This document shows positions 1 through 10,153 of a stretch of DNA of 64,000 nt, piece after piece. Source of the stretch: an uncultured delta proteobacterium. Its GTDB lineage: Bacteria; Desulfobacterota; Binatia; UBA9968. The stretch lies in NCBI GenBank assembly GCA_963745035.1, contig CAVUVW010000014.1, forward strand, positions 832,001 through 896,000. The letters are read 5' to 3'. Positions within the stretch are counted from its first letter, which is position 1. The number at the start of each line of letters is the position of its first letter. Position numbers and translations under genes: made by a program. The notes beneath the pieces are model-generated. The model worked only from the letters and a program-made list of their open reading frames with translations, ran no database searches and was not told the origin of the DNA.

Positions 1-868
1 TCTTGAGATCCATGCTGCCGTCGGGGGAAAGAATGCCGACCATGGTCTCGTAGGAGCGTTCCGCTTCGCTCGGGCTGATTTTGTAGCGCGCCGCGATCAT
101 CTTGACGGCTTCGGCGCGGTTCGCCCGTTGCCAGGCAACGGCGTCCATCACGGCGGCGATGGTTTTACGGACGCGCTCGCGATGGCCGCGGATCTCCGCC
201 TGGGACGTGAACAGTCCGACGTAGGGAATGTCCGCCAAATCGCCGAGGAAAAGAAACTTCTTATAGCCGAGCGACACCGCCTTGTCGTCGAACGGCGGGC
301 TCAAAACCGCGCCGGCGACTTGGCCACTCGTCAGAGCGGCAAAGCTATTGGAGGTTCCTCCGGTGGTGGCCAAGCCGACTTGTTTGTCGTCCAATCCGAG
401 TTTTTTAAATCCCGCGCGCGCGAAATAGTAGGGCGAGGATCGGATGTCCGAGATGGCGATTTTCTTGCCGATCAAGTCCGGCGCGCGATAAATATCTTTC
501 CCGGTTACCAACACCCAAGGCGTGTCTTTGTAAAGCGACAAGACGACGACGAGGGGAAGGCCGGATACCGCGGCCGAAATGGCCGACTGGGGCGAGGTAA
601 AGAAATTGATGTTGCCGTTCAAGACCGCTTGCGGCGCGATCACTGTGCGCATCTGAATGTACTCGACGTCAAGGCCGGCCTTGGCGTAAAAGCCTTTCTC
701 CTTGGCGATGTCGAACGGCAGTGTGGAAACGGCCGAAGAAGGATAGCCGATGCGGACGCTTTGTGGGCTGTCGGCGGCGCGGGCCCCGGCTGGAAGGCCC
801 GTCACGATCAAAATCCAAAGCAGGAGAAGATGATTACGCGTCGATAGCGATCTTGCGCAGGTCATCAT
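1..868 (-). CDS. ABC-type substrate-binding protein (NMT1/THI5/SsuA-like), runs off the window edge
   Basis: Manual minus-strand translation from ATG 868: MMTCARSLSTRNHLLLLWILIVTGLPAGARAADSPQSVRIGYPSSAVSTLPFDIAKEKGFYAKAGLDVEYIQMR; signal peptide plus typical 'A.EKGF..GLDVE' motif. Not in the ORF track. Confidence 0.85.
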   Translation of the reverse strand, partial: MMTCARSLSTRNHLLLLWILIVTGLPAGARAADSPQSVRIGYPSSAVSTLPFDIAKEKGFYAKAGLDVEYIQMRTVIAPQAVLNGNINFFTSPQSAISAAVSGLPLVVVLSLYKDTPWVLVTGKDIYRAPDLIGKKIAISDIRSSPYYFARAGFKKLGLDDKQVGLATTGGTSNSFAALTSGQVAGAVLSPPFDDKAVSLGYKKFLFLGDLADIPYVGLFTSQAEIRGHRERVRKTIAAVMDAVAWQRANRAEAVKMIAARYKISPSEAERSYETMVGILSPDGSMDLK

Positions 869-892
869 GAGCGTTTCCGCGCCGCGCCCGAG

Positions 893-2026
893 CTACATCC
901 CCGTCATGCCATAGTAGGTGGCGCAGTTGTCCCAGAGAATCTTGCGCTTGTCTTCGTCGGTGATCGGCAGCTGCAAAAAGCGCTCGACCGCTCTGGGATA
1001 TTTGGTATCCACGTGGGGAAAGTCGGTGGAGAAAACCAAGCGCTCGTTGCCGAGAAAATCAATGGCGTATTTCACCGGTTCCTCGTCGCACTCGACCGAC
1101 GCGTAACACTGTCTCTTGAAGTAGGCGCTCGGCGGGTTGGTGAGCGCCGGCGCCCACTGGTCGCCGTAAAGTTCCCAGTGTTCATCGAGACGCCACATAA
1201 GAAAGGGGATCCAGCCGCAGTTGCCTTCGAGAAAGGCGACGCGCAGCCTGGGATGGCGTTCCAACACGCCGCCGCCGCAGAAGCTGCCGACGGCGAGCAT
1301 CTGTTCGACGGGATGGGAAAAGGTGTGGCGCAGCATGAAATCGTAGCCGAATTGTTCGCCGACTTGGCGCGCCGCCGAGGTGTTCGACTCGTGAAAGCCC
1401 AGGGGCACGCCGAGATCTTCGAGCGCTGACCACAGCGGCTCGTAGTAAGGGTCATGCCAGTTACGGCCGTTGACGATGTTCGCGCGCAGAAAGAGCGCAC
1501 GAAAGCCCAACTGCTCCACGCACCGGCGCGTCTCGGCGATGGCGTCGTCGATGTCGAACGGCGAGATCATACCGGCGCCGATGAGCCTCGTCGGATCGGC
1601 CTGGCAGAATTCGTACAGCCAGTCGTTGTAAGCACGCGCCAGCGCGGCGGCGAACTCGCGGTCCAGTTCGGGAACGCTCAGGACGTTGAGGCCGCGGCTC
1701 GGATAGAGTATCGCCACATCGATGCCTTCTTCCGCCATGGCGTCGAGCTGCACTTGCGCGCTCCAGCCGCGCTCGTAGTGGGGTCGAAAGAGTTTTTGAT
1801 TCTTGTGAAAGATGTGGCCGGGCGGTGGCAGGGTTCCGGCCGGCGGATCGGCCGGGCGGCCCCAGGCGCGGCCGTCGGGGCCGACCAGACGCAGATCGCG
1901 CACGTGGTCGGTGGTGCCGATCGGTGCCCGATGCTTGAACTTTTTATCGATATAGCGCTGCCAGAGATCGGCGGGCTCGAGAATGTGCATATCGCTGTCA
2001 AGAACTTTGAAACCGTGGTTGGCCAT
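893..2026 (-). CDS. Amidohydrolase family protein (Amidohydro_2 / LigW-ACMSD-like)
   Basis: DSDMH N-terminal metal motif, LGFHE, FLEGNCGW, FSTDFPH, KILWDN. Confidence 0.9.
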   Translation of the reverse strand: MANHGFKVLDSDMHILEPADLWQRYIDKKFKHRAPIGTTDHVRDLRLVGPDGRAWGRPADPPAGTLPPPGHIFHKNQKLFRPHYERGWSAQVQLDAMAEEGIDVAILYPSRGLNVLSVPELDREFAAALARAYNDWLYEFCQADPTRLIGAGMISPFDIDDAIAETRRCVEQLGFRALFLRANIVNGRNWHDPYYEPLWSALEDLGVPLGFHESNTSAARQVGEQFGYDFMLRHTFSHPVEQMLAVGSFCGGGVLERHPRLRVAFLEGNCGWIPFLMWRLDEHWELYGDQWAPALTNPPSAYFKRQCYASVECDEEPVKYAIDFLGNERLVFSTDFPHVDTKYPRAVERFLQLPITDEDKRKILWDNCATYYGMTGM

Positions 2027-2091
2027 AAATCACCTCGTGATTTGCTCGGGCCGTTCAAGTCGTTCCAATACGGAAGCGAAGCATCGCGTGT

Positions 2092-3045
2092 TCACGTCGA
2101 ATCCGGATGCGTTGAAATATATTTCGCGGCCGCCGCCGGATCTACGTCCGCTCTAAGCTCCACGTTCGCGGCTTCCTCCTGCAAGCGAAAAGCGACGGTG
2201 TACGCCGATTTCTCGCCCCAGCCGCGATCGGCGGCGGCGACGAGTCTTTGTTCCGCGATGTTCGCCAGCGGCAAGGGGACCGCGAGCTCGCGCGCGAGCG
2301 CGGTGGCAAGGCCGACATCTTTGCGCAGCAGTTTGAGCGGGAACACAGCGTTGTCGTAATCGTTGCGAAAGACGGTCTGCGGGACCTGCACGTGGAGCAC
2401 GTGCATGCGTCCGACCATGCCGCGGCGAACGGCTTCCCAGAGCGATTTGGTTTCGACCCCGGCCTTGACACCGAGGGTCAGCCCCTCGGCGATCGCTTGA
2501 GAGATCGTGCTGTTGATCATTTGATGGACGAGCTTGCAGATGCAGCCGGAGCCCAACGGACCGGCATGGAGAACCTGATCGCCGAAGGCCCGCAGTACCG
2601 GTTCGGCGCGCGCGAAGATTTCTTTGTCGCCGCCGACCATGATCTCGTGGATGCCGCGGGCGGCGCCCGGCTGGCCGGAGGCAACGGGGGCGTCGAGGAC
2701 GAACGCGCCCTTGGCGCGAAAGAGCGGTTCGAGCCGCCGGATGAGCGCCGGCGGATTGGTCGAAATATCGATGTAGATCGATTGCGCGCGGATGCCCTCC
2801 AAGATTCCTTTAGCGCCGCGCACGACCTGCTCGACGTCGTCGGGCATCGGCAGCGCCGTAACGATCACGTCGCTGCGCCGCGCCAACTCGGCGGCGGAGT
2901 TTGCGACGCGTGCGCCGCGCTCGCGAAACGGCCGCGACGCTTGGTCGCGCAGATCGAAGACCACCAGAGGAAAACCGGCTCTGTGGATATGGCCGGCGAC
3001 GGGTGCGCCCATGTTGCCAAGACCGATGAAACCGACTGTTTCCAT
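2092..3045 (-). CDS. NAD(P)-dependent beta-hydroxyacid dehydrogenase (3-hydroxyisobutyrate dehydrogenase family)
   Basis: METVGFIGLGNMG Rossmann start at 3045, DAPVASG, MVGGD, F.LKLLRKDVGLA; true start lies inside the longer track ORF. Confidence 0.9.
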   Translation of the reverse strand: METVGFIGLGNMGAPVAGHIHRAGFPLVVFDLRDQASRPFRERGARVANSAAELARRSDVIVTALPMPDDVEQVVRGAKGILEGIRAQSIYIDISTNPPALIRRLEPLFRAKGAFVLDAPVASGQPGAARGIHEIMVGGDKEIFARAEPVLRAFGDQVLHAGPLGSGCICKLVHQMINSTISQAIAEGLTLGVKAGVETKSLWEAVRRGMVGRMHVLHVQVPQTVFRNDYDNAVFPLKLLRKDVGLATALARELAVPLPLANIAEQRLVAAADRGWGEKSAYTVAFRLQEEAANVELRADVDPAAAAKYISTHPDST

Positions 3046-3333
3046 TGTCGCTCCTGCGCCGCGATCGATCTTCAACCTATGGCAGAACCCCCGTTCGAGT
3101 GTCAACGCAGGCGCGGAGATCTCAAGCCATTCCTGCCGCAAAGGCGTGGAGCATCCGAAGGCGTAAGACAGTTGCGCCGGGTCCGAGGTTGAAGACAGGA
3201 TTCTGTGTACCGCGCGCCCGGCAAGCTTCTGTCCATCCCGGCGGCGCCTTGTTCGTGACTGGACCAAGCGCCTTTTTCGTTTGACGGGATTCTGATAGGA
3301 GTCGCTCAGCGAAATGAAAGGAGGATAAATTCC

Positions 3334-4320
3334 ATGGGATACATGATGCACGGTAAGTGGGTGAACGACGATCGCATTCCCGCCGACGCGCGCGGCCATT
3401 TCGTGCGCGCCGACTCGCAGTTTCGCAACTGGATCACGGCGGACGGCAGCCCCGGGCCTTCCGGCAGCGGCGGTTTCGAAGCAGAGCCTGACCGCTATCA
3501 TTTGTTCGTTTCGTATTCGTGCCCTTGGGCGCACCGGACGATCATCTTCCGCAAGCTCAAGAAGCTCGAAGATGTCATTTCGTTGTCGCTCGCCGACAAG
3601 CCCAAGAGCGAAGGGTGGGCGTATTCCGAAGGCATCGATGATCTGGAGCCGTGCGATGACGGCATCTTTCGCTTGTATCAAGTCTACGCCGCGGCCGACG
3701 CGAACTACACCGGCAAAGTTACCGTGCCGACGTTGTGGGACCGGGAACGGCGCACGATCGTGAATAATGAATCTTCCGAAATCATCCGCATGCTCAACGC
3801 CTCGTTCCGCGCCCACACCGACGTGAGCTACGATTTCTATCCCGAAGAGCTGCGCGGCGAGATCGAGCGCATCAACGCCATCGTCTACAGCGACTTCAAC
3901 AATGGCGTCTATCGCGCCGGCTTCGCGCGCAGCCAGGAGGCCTACGAAGAAGCGGTGCGGAAGATTTTTGCCTGCCTGGACATGATGGAGAATTTGCTGC
4001 GCGAGCAGCGTTATCTGGCCGGCGATCGGATTACCGAGGCCGATTGGCGCGCTTTCCCGACCTTGCTGCGCTTCGATCTAGTTTATTACAGCCACTTCAA
4101 ATGCAACCTGCGGCGCATTCAAGACTATCCCAATCTGGCGAACTATCTGCGCGAGCTGTATCAATGGCCGGGAATCAAGGAGACGTTGGATTTGGGCAAG
4201 ATCAAGGCGGGATACTACAGCCAACTCAACGTCAATCCGACGGGGATCGTACCGATCGGGCCCAATCTCGATCACTTGGACTTGGCGCACGACCGGAGCC
4301 GCCTGCGCGCAGCGGCATGA
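3334..4320 (+). CDS. yqjG: Glutathionyl-hydroquinone reductase (Xi/omega-class GST, YqjG-like)
   Basis: RYHLFVSYSCPWAHRT, TVPTLWD, IVNNESSEIIRMLN, NNGVYRAGFA, YYSHFKCN; strong RBS AAGGAGG. Confidence 0.9.
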   Translation: MGYMMHGKWVNDDRIPADARGHFVRADSQFRNWITADGSPGPSGSGGFEAEPDRYHLFVSYSCPWAHRTIIFRKLKKLEDVISLSLADKPKSEGWAYSEGIDDLEPCDDGIFRLYQVYAAADANYTGKVTVPTLWDRERRTIVNNESSEIIRMLNASFRAHTDVSYDFYPEELRGEIERINAIVYSDFNNGVYRAGFARSQEAYEEAVRKIFACLDMMENLLREQRYLAGDRITEADWRAFPTLLRFDLVYYSHFKCNLRRIQDYPNLANYLRELYQWPGIKETLDLGKIKAGYYSQLNVNPTGIVPIGPNLDHLDLAHDRSRLRAAA

Positions 4321-4408
4321 GGTATGAACCTTAGCGCGGCAGCGCCGCAACCAATCTCGGAATAGCATGTCCCACGCGAAGTCGAAGGAACGCAAAAACG
4401 GCAAAGAT

Positions 4409-4460
4409 GTCATTTCGAACGAAGAGGGAAATCTTTCTTAGATCCCTCGCATGTGCTCAG
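4409..4460. repeat. REP-like palindromic element (GTCATT-type)
   Basis: GTCATTTCGAACGAAGAGGGAAATCT-TTCTT-AGATCCCTCG with inverted arms GAGGGAAATCT/AGATCCCTC; related to 28300-28392. Confidence 0.5.
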
Positions 4461-4629
4461 GCTGCCAGCCTTTGTCATTTGGCGTCTTTACGACTCGGCG
4501 CGAGGGGCGTCCGACTCCGAGCCCTTTCAGCTTCCGGATCATTTGCGGGTTAAGCGAGGCGGCGCGGGCAGCATCCTTGCCGGCGCTCGATGCATTTTTG
4601 TCAGTTGATTTTTAAAGGAGCAATACAAA

Positions 4630-5565
4630 ATGGCGAATCACACGCCTTGCGGCATCGAGCTACCCCAAGTTTTTTTCGGCGGTCCCGTAGATATGGAGCA
4701 CATTCGGAAATTCGCGATCAAAGCCGAGACGCTCGGCTATGACAGCTTGTGGCTGCAAGAGCGGGTGATCGGTGATTTTGCCATGCTCGAGCCGGTAACT
4801 CTGTTGAGCTACGTCGCCGCGGTCACGACCAAGTTGCGGTTGGGGACTTCGGTCATTTTGCTGCCTTTGCGCAACCCCATTCAACTGGCGAAGGCCTATT
4901 CGACGTTGGACGTGATGAGCGGCGGGCGGGCCGTCATGGGCGTTGGTCTGGGCGGAGGCCATCTCGGCTCGCACGAAGATGTTTTCGGATATACGCGGGA
5001 AGGTCGGGTCACGCGCTTCACCGAAGCAGTGCAGATCATGAAGCTTCTATGGGCCAAGCCCAAGGCGAGCTTCCGCGGGCGCTATTGGCATTTCGATGAC
5101 ATCTCGATGGAGCCCAAGCCGGTGCAGAAGCCCCATCTGCCGATCATCTTCGGCGGACATCATGAGAACGCATTGCGCCGCGCGGTGAAGTATGCCGACG
5201 GCTGGATGGGCGCAGGCTCGTCTTCATCCGGATCGTTCATCCGCGAGTCGGCGCGCATCCGTGCCTTTCTCGAAGAAGCGAAGCGCGATCCGGGGACTTT
5301 TCATTTCGCCAAGCGAGTGTATCTCGCGGTCGATAACGACAATGCCCGCGGTGAACGGCGGATCAGAGAGTGGTTCGGCAAACGCTACAAGAACGCCGAC
5401 CTCGGTCCGAAGGTTTCGATCTGGGGAAGCAGCGCGGAATGCACGGAGAAAATCCAGGAGCTAGTCGGCGCCGGCGCACAGCAGATCGTTTTCAATCCGA
5501 TGTTCGATGAAAACGAACATCTGGACGTTTGCGCCAGGGAGATCATGCCGCATCTACAACGCTGA
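4630..5565 (+). CDS. LLM class flavin-dependent oxidoreductase
   Basis: AETLGYDSLWLQE, LRLGTSVILLPLRNP, LDVMSGGR, PKPVQKPHLPI, YADGW. Confidence 0.9.
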   Translation: MANHTPCGIELPQVFFGGPVDMEHIRKFAIKAETLGYDSLWLQERVIGDFAMLEPVTLLSYVAAVTTKLRLGTSVILLPLRNPIQLAKAYSTLDVMSGGRAVMGVGLGGGHLGSHEDVFGYTREGRVTRFTEAVQIMKLLWAKPKASFRGRYWHFDDISMEPKPVQKPHLPIIFGGHHENALRRAVKYADGWMGAGSSSSGSFIRESARIRAFLEEAKRDPGTFHFAKRVYLAVDNDNARGERRIREWFGKRYKNADLGPKVSIWGSSAECTEKIQELVGAGAQQIVFNPMFDENEHLDVCAREIMPHLQR

Positions 5566-5607
5566 GATTAGCCGCCATCGCGAAGCGGAGTGGGAGATGG
5601 GAATAAG

Positions 5608-6397
5608 ATGGATTTGGGATTGACCGGCAAAGTGGCGATCGTGACCGGCTCAAGCGACGGCATCGGTTACGCAGTGGCGCGGGCGCTGGGACAGGAGGGA
5701 TGTCGGCTGGTCTTGTGCGCTCGGCGCGAAGAACTTCTTGCCGAAGCACGAGACAAGCTTGCGACGGAGACCGGCGCGGAGGTGCTGGCGGTGCGCTGCG
5801 ACGTGCAGCGATTGGTCGACGTGCAAAATTTGGTGAATGAAACCGTCCGGCGATTCGGGTCCATCCATATTCTCGTCAACAATGCCGGCAGCGTTCCGAG
5901 CGCGAAGTTTGCCAGTGTGGACGATGCCCAATGGTATCAGATGTTGGAGGGGAAGCTGTTGTCGTACTTGCGCGTGACGCGCGAGGTCGTGCCGCATATG
6001 CTCAAATCCGGCTGGGGCAGGATCGTCAACGTGGCGGGCACCGCAGGGCTGGAGCCGAGTAATACTGCTGATAGCCGTCGGTCTGAACAACGCCGCGGTG
6101 ATCAACTGGACCAAGTCGTTGTCCCGTGAATATGTGGCGGACGGCATTCTAGTCACGACGGTGGCGCCCGGCTCGATTGAAACGCCGCGCCAGACCCGCA
6201 ATCGCGAGCGCGAGGCGAGTATCACCGGAAAGAGCTTGGATGAGCTGCGCAGCGCGCGCGTGCGCGATATTCCGATGCAGCGGCTTGGACGGCCGGAGGA
6301 AGTCGCCAATGTCGTGGCTTTCCTGGCCTCGGAGTGCTCGAGTTACATGACTGGAGCGTGCGTGACGGTGGATGGCGGTGTGATGCGCGGGATTTGA
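5608..6397 (+). CDS. SDR family oxidoreductase, split by one frameshift near 6070
   Basis: MDLGLTGKVAIVTGSSDGIG...ILVNNAG in one frame, continuing as WTKSLS...VAPGSIET...GRPEEVA...VDGG in the next. Confidence 0.85.
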
Positions 6398-6496
6398 ATC
6401 TGCGGCGCCGCGTTACCATCATGTTCCGCGACACGCCGCGAACAATACATGACCCCGTTCGCTTGTGATTTTAGCAAACCGATCCGTTCGGGCGCC

Positions 6497-6922
6497 TCAC
6501 ACGGTCGAGCGAAAGCGGAGCTTGCGGTGGCGCGTGCCGGAACGATATTTTTTCAAGCGCGGCTTCCCCGCGCCGTTTTGATTCAGGGCGGTCCAGCGAT
6601 TCAATCCACGCCGCAGGTAGCCGGGATCGAGCCCTAACGTTTCGCAGACGTTGGCGAAGGAAAAAATCCAGCTTTCCGCGTCCTCGGCGTTGACCCACGA
6701 ATGCGCTTCTTCGAAAGCCCTGCGCTGCTGCCGCGCGCCGCGGCGCGGGTTTTTGGAAAGGCAGGAGACCGCGTCCTCCAGAACCGCCACCATCAGCCGC
6801 CGCTCCGGATCGGGCATGTGGCTGCTTTTCAGAATGGCGTTAAATTGACTCGGCGCCAGCACATCGGGCTCAAACAGAAGGGCCAGATCCTGGTGGACCG
6901 CGAGGCCTGGGTGCGATTTCAT
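6497..6922 (-). CDS. Conserved hypothetical protein, possible HTH DNA-binding protein
   Basis: 141 aa ORF with RBS (AAAGGAG on minus strand); PERRLMVAVLEDAV...WIFSFANVCETLGLDPGYLRRGL; basic C-terminal tail. Confidence 0.7.
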   Translation of the reverse strand: MKSHPGLAVHQDLALLFEPDVLAPSQFNAILKSSHMPDPERRLMVAVLEDAVSCLSKNPRRGARQQRRAFEEAHSWVNAEDAESWIFSFANVCETLGLDPGYLRRGLNRWTALNQNGAGKPRLKKYRSGTRHRKLRFRSTV

Positions 6923-7034
6923 GATTTCCGCTCCTTTCGGCGCAACGCGCCTCCAATAACGGTAGGATAGAGCAAATCCTCATAGTTTGACAAATTCATA
7001 ATTTGTTACTAATTCATAGATTAAACCGAACTAT

Positions 7035-7934
7035 ATGGATTGGCTCAACTACCACCATTTGCTGTATTTCTGGACCGTCGCGCGCATGGGCGGCGTGGGG
7101 CGCGCGAGCGAGGAGCTTCGCCTTACCCAGGCGACCGTGAGCGCCCAGCTCAAGTCGCTGGAGCAGGCTCTGGGCGAGAAGCTCCTTCGCAAAGCGGGGC
7201 GCCATCTCGCGCTGACCGACACCGGCAAGCTGGTGTTTCGTTACGCCGACGAGATTTTTTCGCTCGGCCAGGAGATGATGGGGACGTTGCAGGGCCGCCC
7301 CGAGGGCCGCCTCGCGCGGGTCACGGTGGGGGTCGCCGATGTGTTGCCGAAGCTGGTGGCCTACCAATTGATCGAGCCCGCGCTCCAGTTGAAGGACGTC
7401 TACCGGGTCGTCTGCCGCGAGGGCACCAACGCGGAGCTGCTGCCGGCCCTCGCGGTGCACGACATCGACGTGGTTTTGACCGACGCGCCGGCCGAGGCCG
7501 GGATCAACGTCAAGGCGTTCCATCATTTGCTCGGCGAGTGCGACGTGTTGCTGTTCGCGAGCACGAAGCTCGCCCGGAAATATCGCCGCGGCTTTCCCCG
7601 CTCCCTGGACGGCGCGCCGTTCTTGTTGCCGACCCGTAACACGATCTCGCGGCGGTCCTTGGATCAATGGTTCGACCACGAAAAAATCCAGCCGAAAATC
7701 ATCGCCGAGTTCGAAGACAACGCGCTGTTGATGGTCTTCGGCCAGCACGGCGTCGGGATATTCGTCGCGCCTTCGGTGATCAGAGACGAAGTGGAGCGAA
7801 AGTACGCCGTGCAGGTGATCGGGCCGGTGGGCAACGTGCGCGAGCGCTTCTTTGCGGTGTCTCTCGACCGCAAGCTCAGACACCCCGCCGTGGTGGCGAT
7901 CTCAGAGGCGGCGCGCGCGCGGCTGCCCGATTGA
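7035..7934 (+). CDS. nhaR: LysR-family transcriptional activator, NhaR-like
   Basis: MDWLNYHHLLYFWTVA...LTQATVSAQLK, FRYADEIFSLGQE, AEFEDNAL, RKLRHPAV characteristic of NhaR. Confidence 0.85.
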   Translation: MDWLNYHHLLYFWTVARMGGVGRASEELRLTQATVSAQLKSLEQALGEKLLRKAGRHLALTDTGKLVFRYADEIFSLGQEMMGTLQGRPEGRLARVTVGVADVLPKLVAYQLIEPALQLKDVYRVVCREGTNAELLPALAVHDIDVVLTDAPAEAGINVKAFHHLLGECDVLLFASTKLARKYRRGFPRSLDGAPFLLPTRNTISRRSLDQWFDHEKIQPKIIAEFEDNALLMVFGQHGVGIFVAPSVIRDEVERKYAVQVIGPVGNVRERFFAVSLDRKLRHPAVVAISEAARARLPD

Positions 7935-8040
7935 TCCATCGACGGCAGCGGGACGAAAAAATCCGAGAGCCGCAACGCTGCAATTCACCGAGACGAAAGC
8001 TCAGACATCAAGCCGCTCGATGCGGCGGCGGCGGCCAGAC

Positions 8041-8684
8041 GTGAATCTCTTTTTCGATCTCGACGGAACCTTGACCGATCCGCGTCAGGGTATTCTGGCG
8101 TGCTTCCGGTATGCCCTCAACGCGCTGGGCGTCGATGCGCCGCCGGATCATCATCTCGAACCGCTCATCGGTCCGCCGCTGCGCGAGAGTTTTTCGGCGC
8201 TCTTGCCCGAAGAGGCGCTCGTCGAGCAGGCAGTCGCTCTCTACCGCGAGCGTTTCGCCCCGAAAGGCATGTTCGAAAACCGCGTGTATGCGGGAGTCGC
8301 CGGCGCCTTGGAACAGCTTCACCAAAGCGGCGCGCGGCTCTTCGTGGCGACCGCGAAGCCGGGCATGTTCGCCGACCGTATTCTGGAGTATTTCGATCTC
8401 CGTCGGTGGTTTCACGCGGTCTACGGCAGAGAGCTGGACGGAAGAAACGCGCACAAGCGTGATCTGCTCGCTCATTTGTTGGAGGCGGAATCGCTGTCGC
8501 GTGCTGGCGCGGTGATGATCGGCGATCGCGCCGCCGACGTTCTGGCCGCGAAAGCGAACGGGATTTTTTCCGTGGGGTTCTTTGGGGATTCGGCTCGCGC
8601 GAAGAGCTTGCCGGGGCGGGAGCCGACCTGCTGTGCACGACGCCGGGGAAGCTCGTCGAGAGTCTCGCCGGCCGGAGACTGTGA
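8041..8684 (+). CDS. HAD hydrolase (phosphoglycolate phosphatase-like), frameshift near 8575
   Basis: FDLDGTL motif I, VATAK, MIGDR..D; the C-terminal LWGFGSREELAGAGAD lies in a shifted frame ending at TGA 8682-8684. Confidence 0.85.
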
Positions 8685-8815
8685 TTTTTCGTTTGTGATT
8701 TTCGCCTGGCGCGCAACGGTCCACGAAGACCTTTGGAAGTTTCCGTCGGCTGTTTGCAATTTGTCCAATAATAATTCCAGATAGGATGCACCAACGCCGT
8801 AGGGAGGGCGTCTCC

Positions 8816-9988
8816 ATGCCGCGCGAGTATCGCTACTTTTCCGCCGACAGCCATTTTGAGTCGTTGCCAGAGACCTGGACTCACCGCGTGCCGGCGCAAT
8901 ATCGAGAGCGCGCGCCGCGTCGCGTCAAGCTCGCCGACGGGCGCGACGCCATCCTCGAGGAAGGACAGCCGCTCGAATACCGCGGAACGAATCTATTCGC
9001 GGGGAAGTCTCCCGAGGAATTCAATCCGGTTTGTTTGACGTTCGAAACCTCCGCCGGCGCCGGCACGCCGCAACAAAGAATCAAGGAGCAGGATGCCGAC
9101 GGCATCGACGGCGAGCTGCTGTTCGCCAGCGAAGCGCGCAACACAAAGATCAAAGATCGAAACGTCTTTCTCGCGCTGATCCGCGCGTTCAACGATTACT
9201 TTATCGAGGAATATTGCGCCGTGGATCCCGAGCGTCTGGTCGGCGTGGCGGTCATGCCGGACATTGGCGCGGGAGAGAACATCGCCGAGATGAAGCGCTG
9301 CAAGGAGAAAGGCTTCAAAGCGGTTCGGCTGCACACTTTTCCCAGCGGCAAAAGTTATCCGACCGCGGAGGATGACGAGTTTTACGCCGCGGCGTTGGAT
9401 CTGAATATGCCGATCACGATCCACACGTCTTTCCCGCGCCGCACCGACGAGCGCGACGTTTACCTGATGAAATATCCCAAGGAGCCGCAAGGCGAAGACC
9501 GGCCGTTCGACTTTTTGCAACGCCTGGCGCGCCAAGGGATCTATCATTGCGGCGCCGTCGAGGCGACTCAGTTGATTCTCACGGGCGTCTTCGATCGTTT
9601 CCCGAAGTTGCGTTGCTACTGGGCGGAGAACAACGTCGGCTGGATTCCGTACTTCTATCAGCAGATGGACCAAAGTTATAAAGTCAACTGCTCGTGGGCG
9701 GAGCGGCTCCTCGGTTTGCCGAAGTTGAAAAGACTGCCGAGCGAGTACTTGCGCGAGCACGCGCTCTGGGGCGTGTTCGACGATCCGATCGGCATCCAGC
9801 TCCGGCACATGATCGGCGTGGATAAGATTATGTGGTCGACGGACTTTCCCCACGTCGTCACGCGCTGGCCAAAGTCTCGGGAGCTGGTGCAAGAACAGTT
9901 CGCCGGCGTGCCGGAAGATGAAAAGCGTGCGATGCTGGCGGGGAACGCGGTGAAGTTTTTTCATCTGGATGGGCAAAAAGACGATTGA
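8816..9988 (+). CDS. Amidohydrolase family protein (Amidohydro_2)
   Basis: SADSH, ITIH, FDRFPKL, AENNVGW, MWSTDFPH; RBS AGGGAGG before ATG 8816. Confidence 0.9.
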   Translation: MPREYRYFSADSHFESLPETWTHRVPAQYRERAPRRVKLADGRDAILEEGQPLEYRGTNLFAGKSPEEFNPVCLTFETSAGAGTPQQRIKEQDADGIDGELLFASEARNTKIKDRNVFLALIRAFNDYFIEEYCAVDPERLVGVAVMPDIGAGENIAEMKRCKEKGFKAVRLHTFPSGKSYPTAEDDEFYAAALDLNMPITIHTSFPRRTDERDVYLMKYPKEPQGEDRPFDFLQRLARQGIYHCGAVEATQLILTGVFDRFPKLRCYWAENNVGWIPYFYQQMDQSYKVNCSWAERLLGLPKLKRLPSEYLREHALWGVFDDPIGIQLRHMIGVDKIMWSTDFPHVVTRWPKSRELVQEQFAGVPEDEKRAMLAGNAVKFFHLDGQKDD

Positions 9989-10085
9989 CTACGAAGGCAC
10001 GAAGCACACGAATCCGGAAGATCTTCTCATTGTTCACGCAAGATTTAGCCGATATCCGCCAAACTTCTGCGCCGAATCGCGTTAC

Positions 10086-10104
10086 GTAGGGTGCGCTTGC
10101 GCAC
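10086..10104. repeat. GTAG-type REP-like hairpin
   Basis: GTAG-G-GTGCGC-TT-GCGCAC: GTAG tetranucleotide 5' of a perfect 6-bp stem. Confidence 0.45.
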
Positions 10105-10153
10105 ATCGTTCCCAGGGCCACTGACCGTAACGTAGCAAAGGGAGACCTGCGAA

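Noticed and set aside
128-847. 239-aa plus-strand ORF, and many similar long antisense ORFs across the window
   Set aside because: Shadow of the minus-strand binding-protein gene; GC-rich DNA gives long antisense frames with no motifs.
3046-3816. N-terminal extension making a 574-aa dehydrogenase
   Set aside because: Overlaps the divergent yqjG gene in antisense; the Rossmann motif and RBS place the start at 3045.
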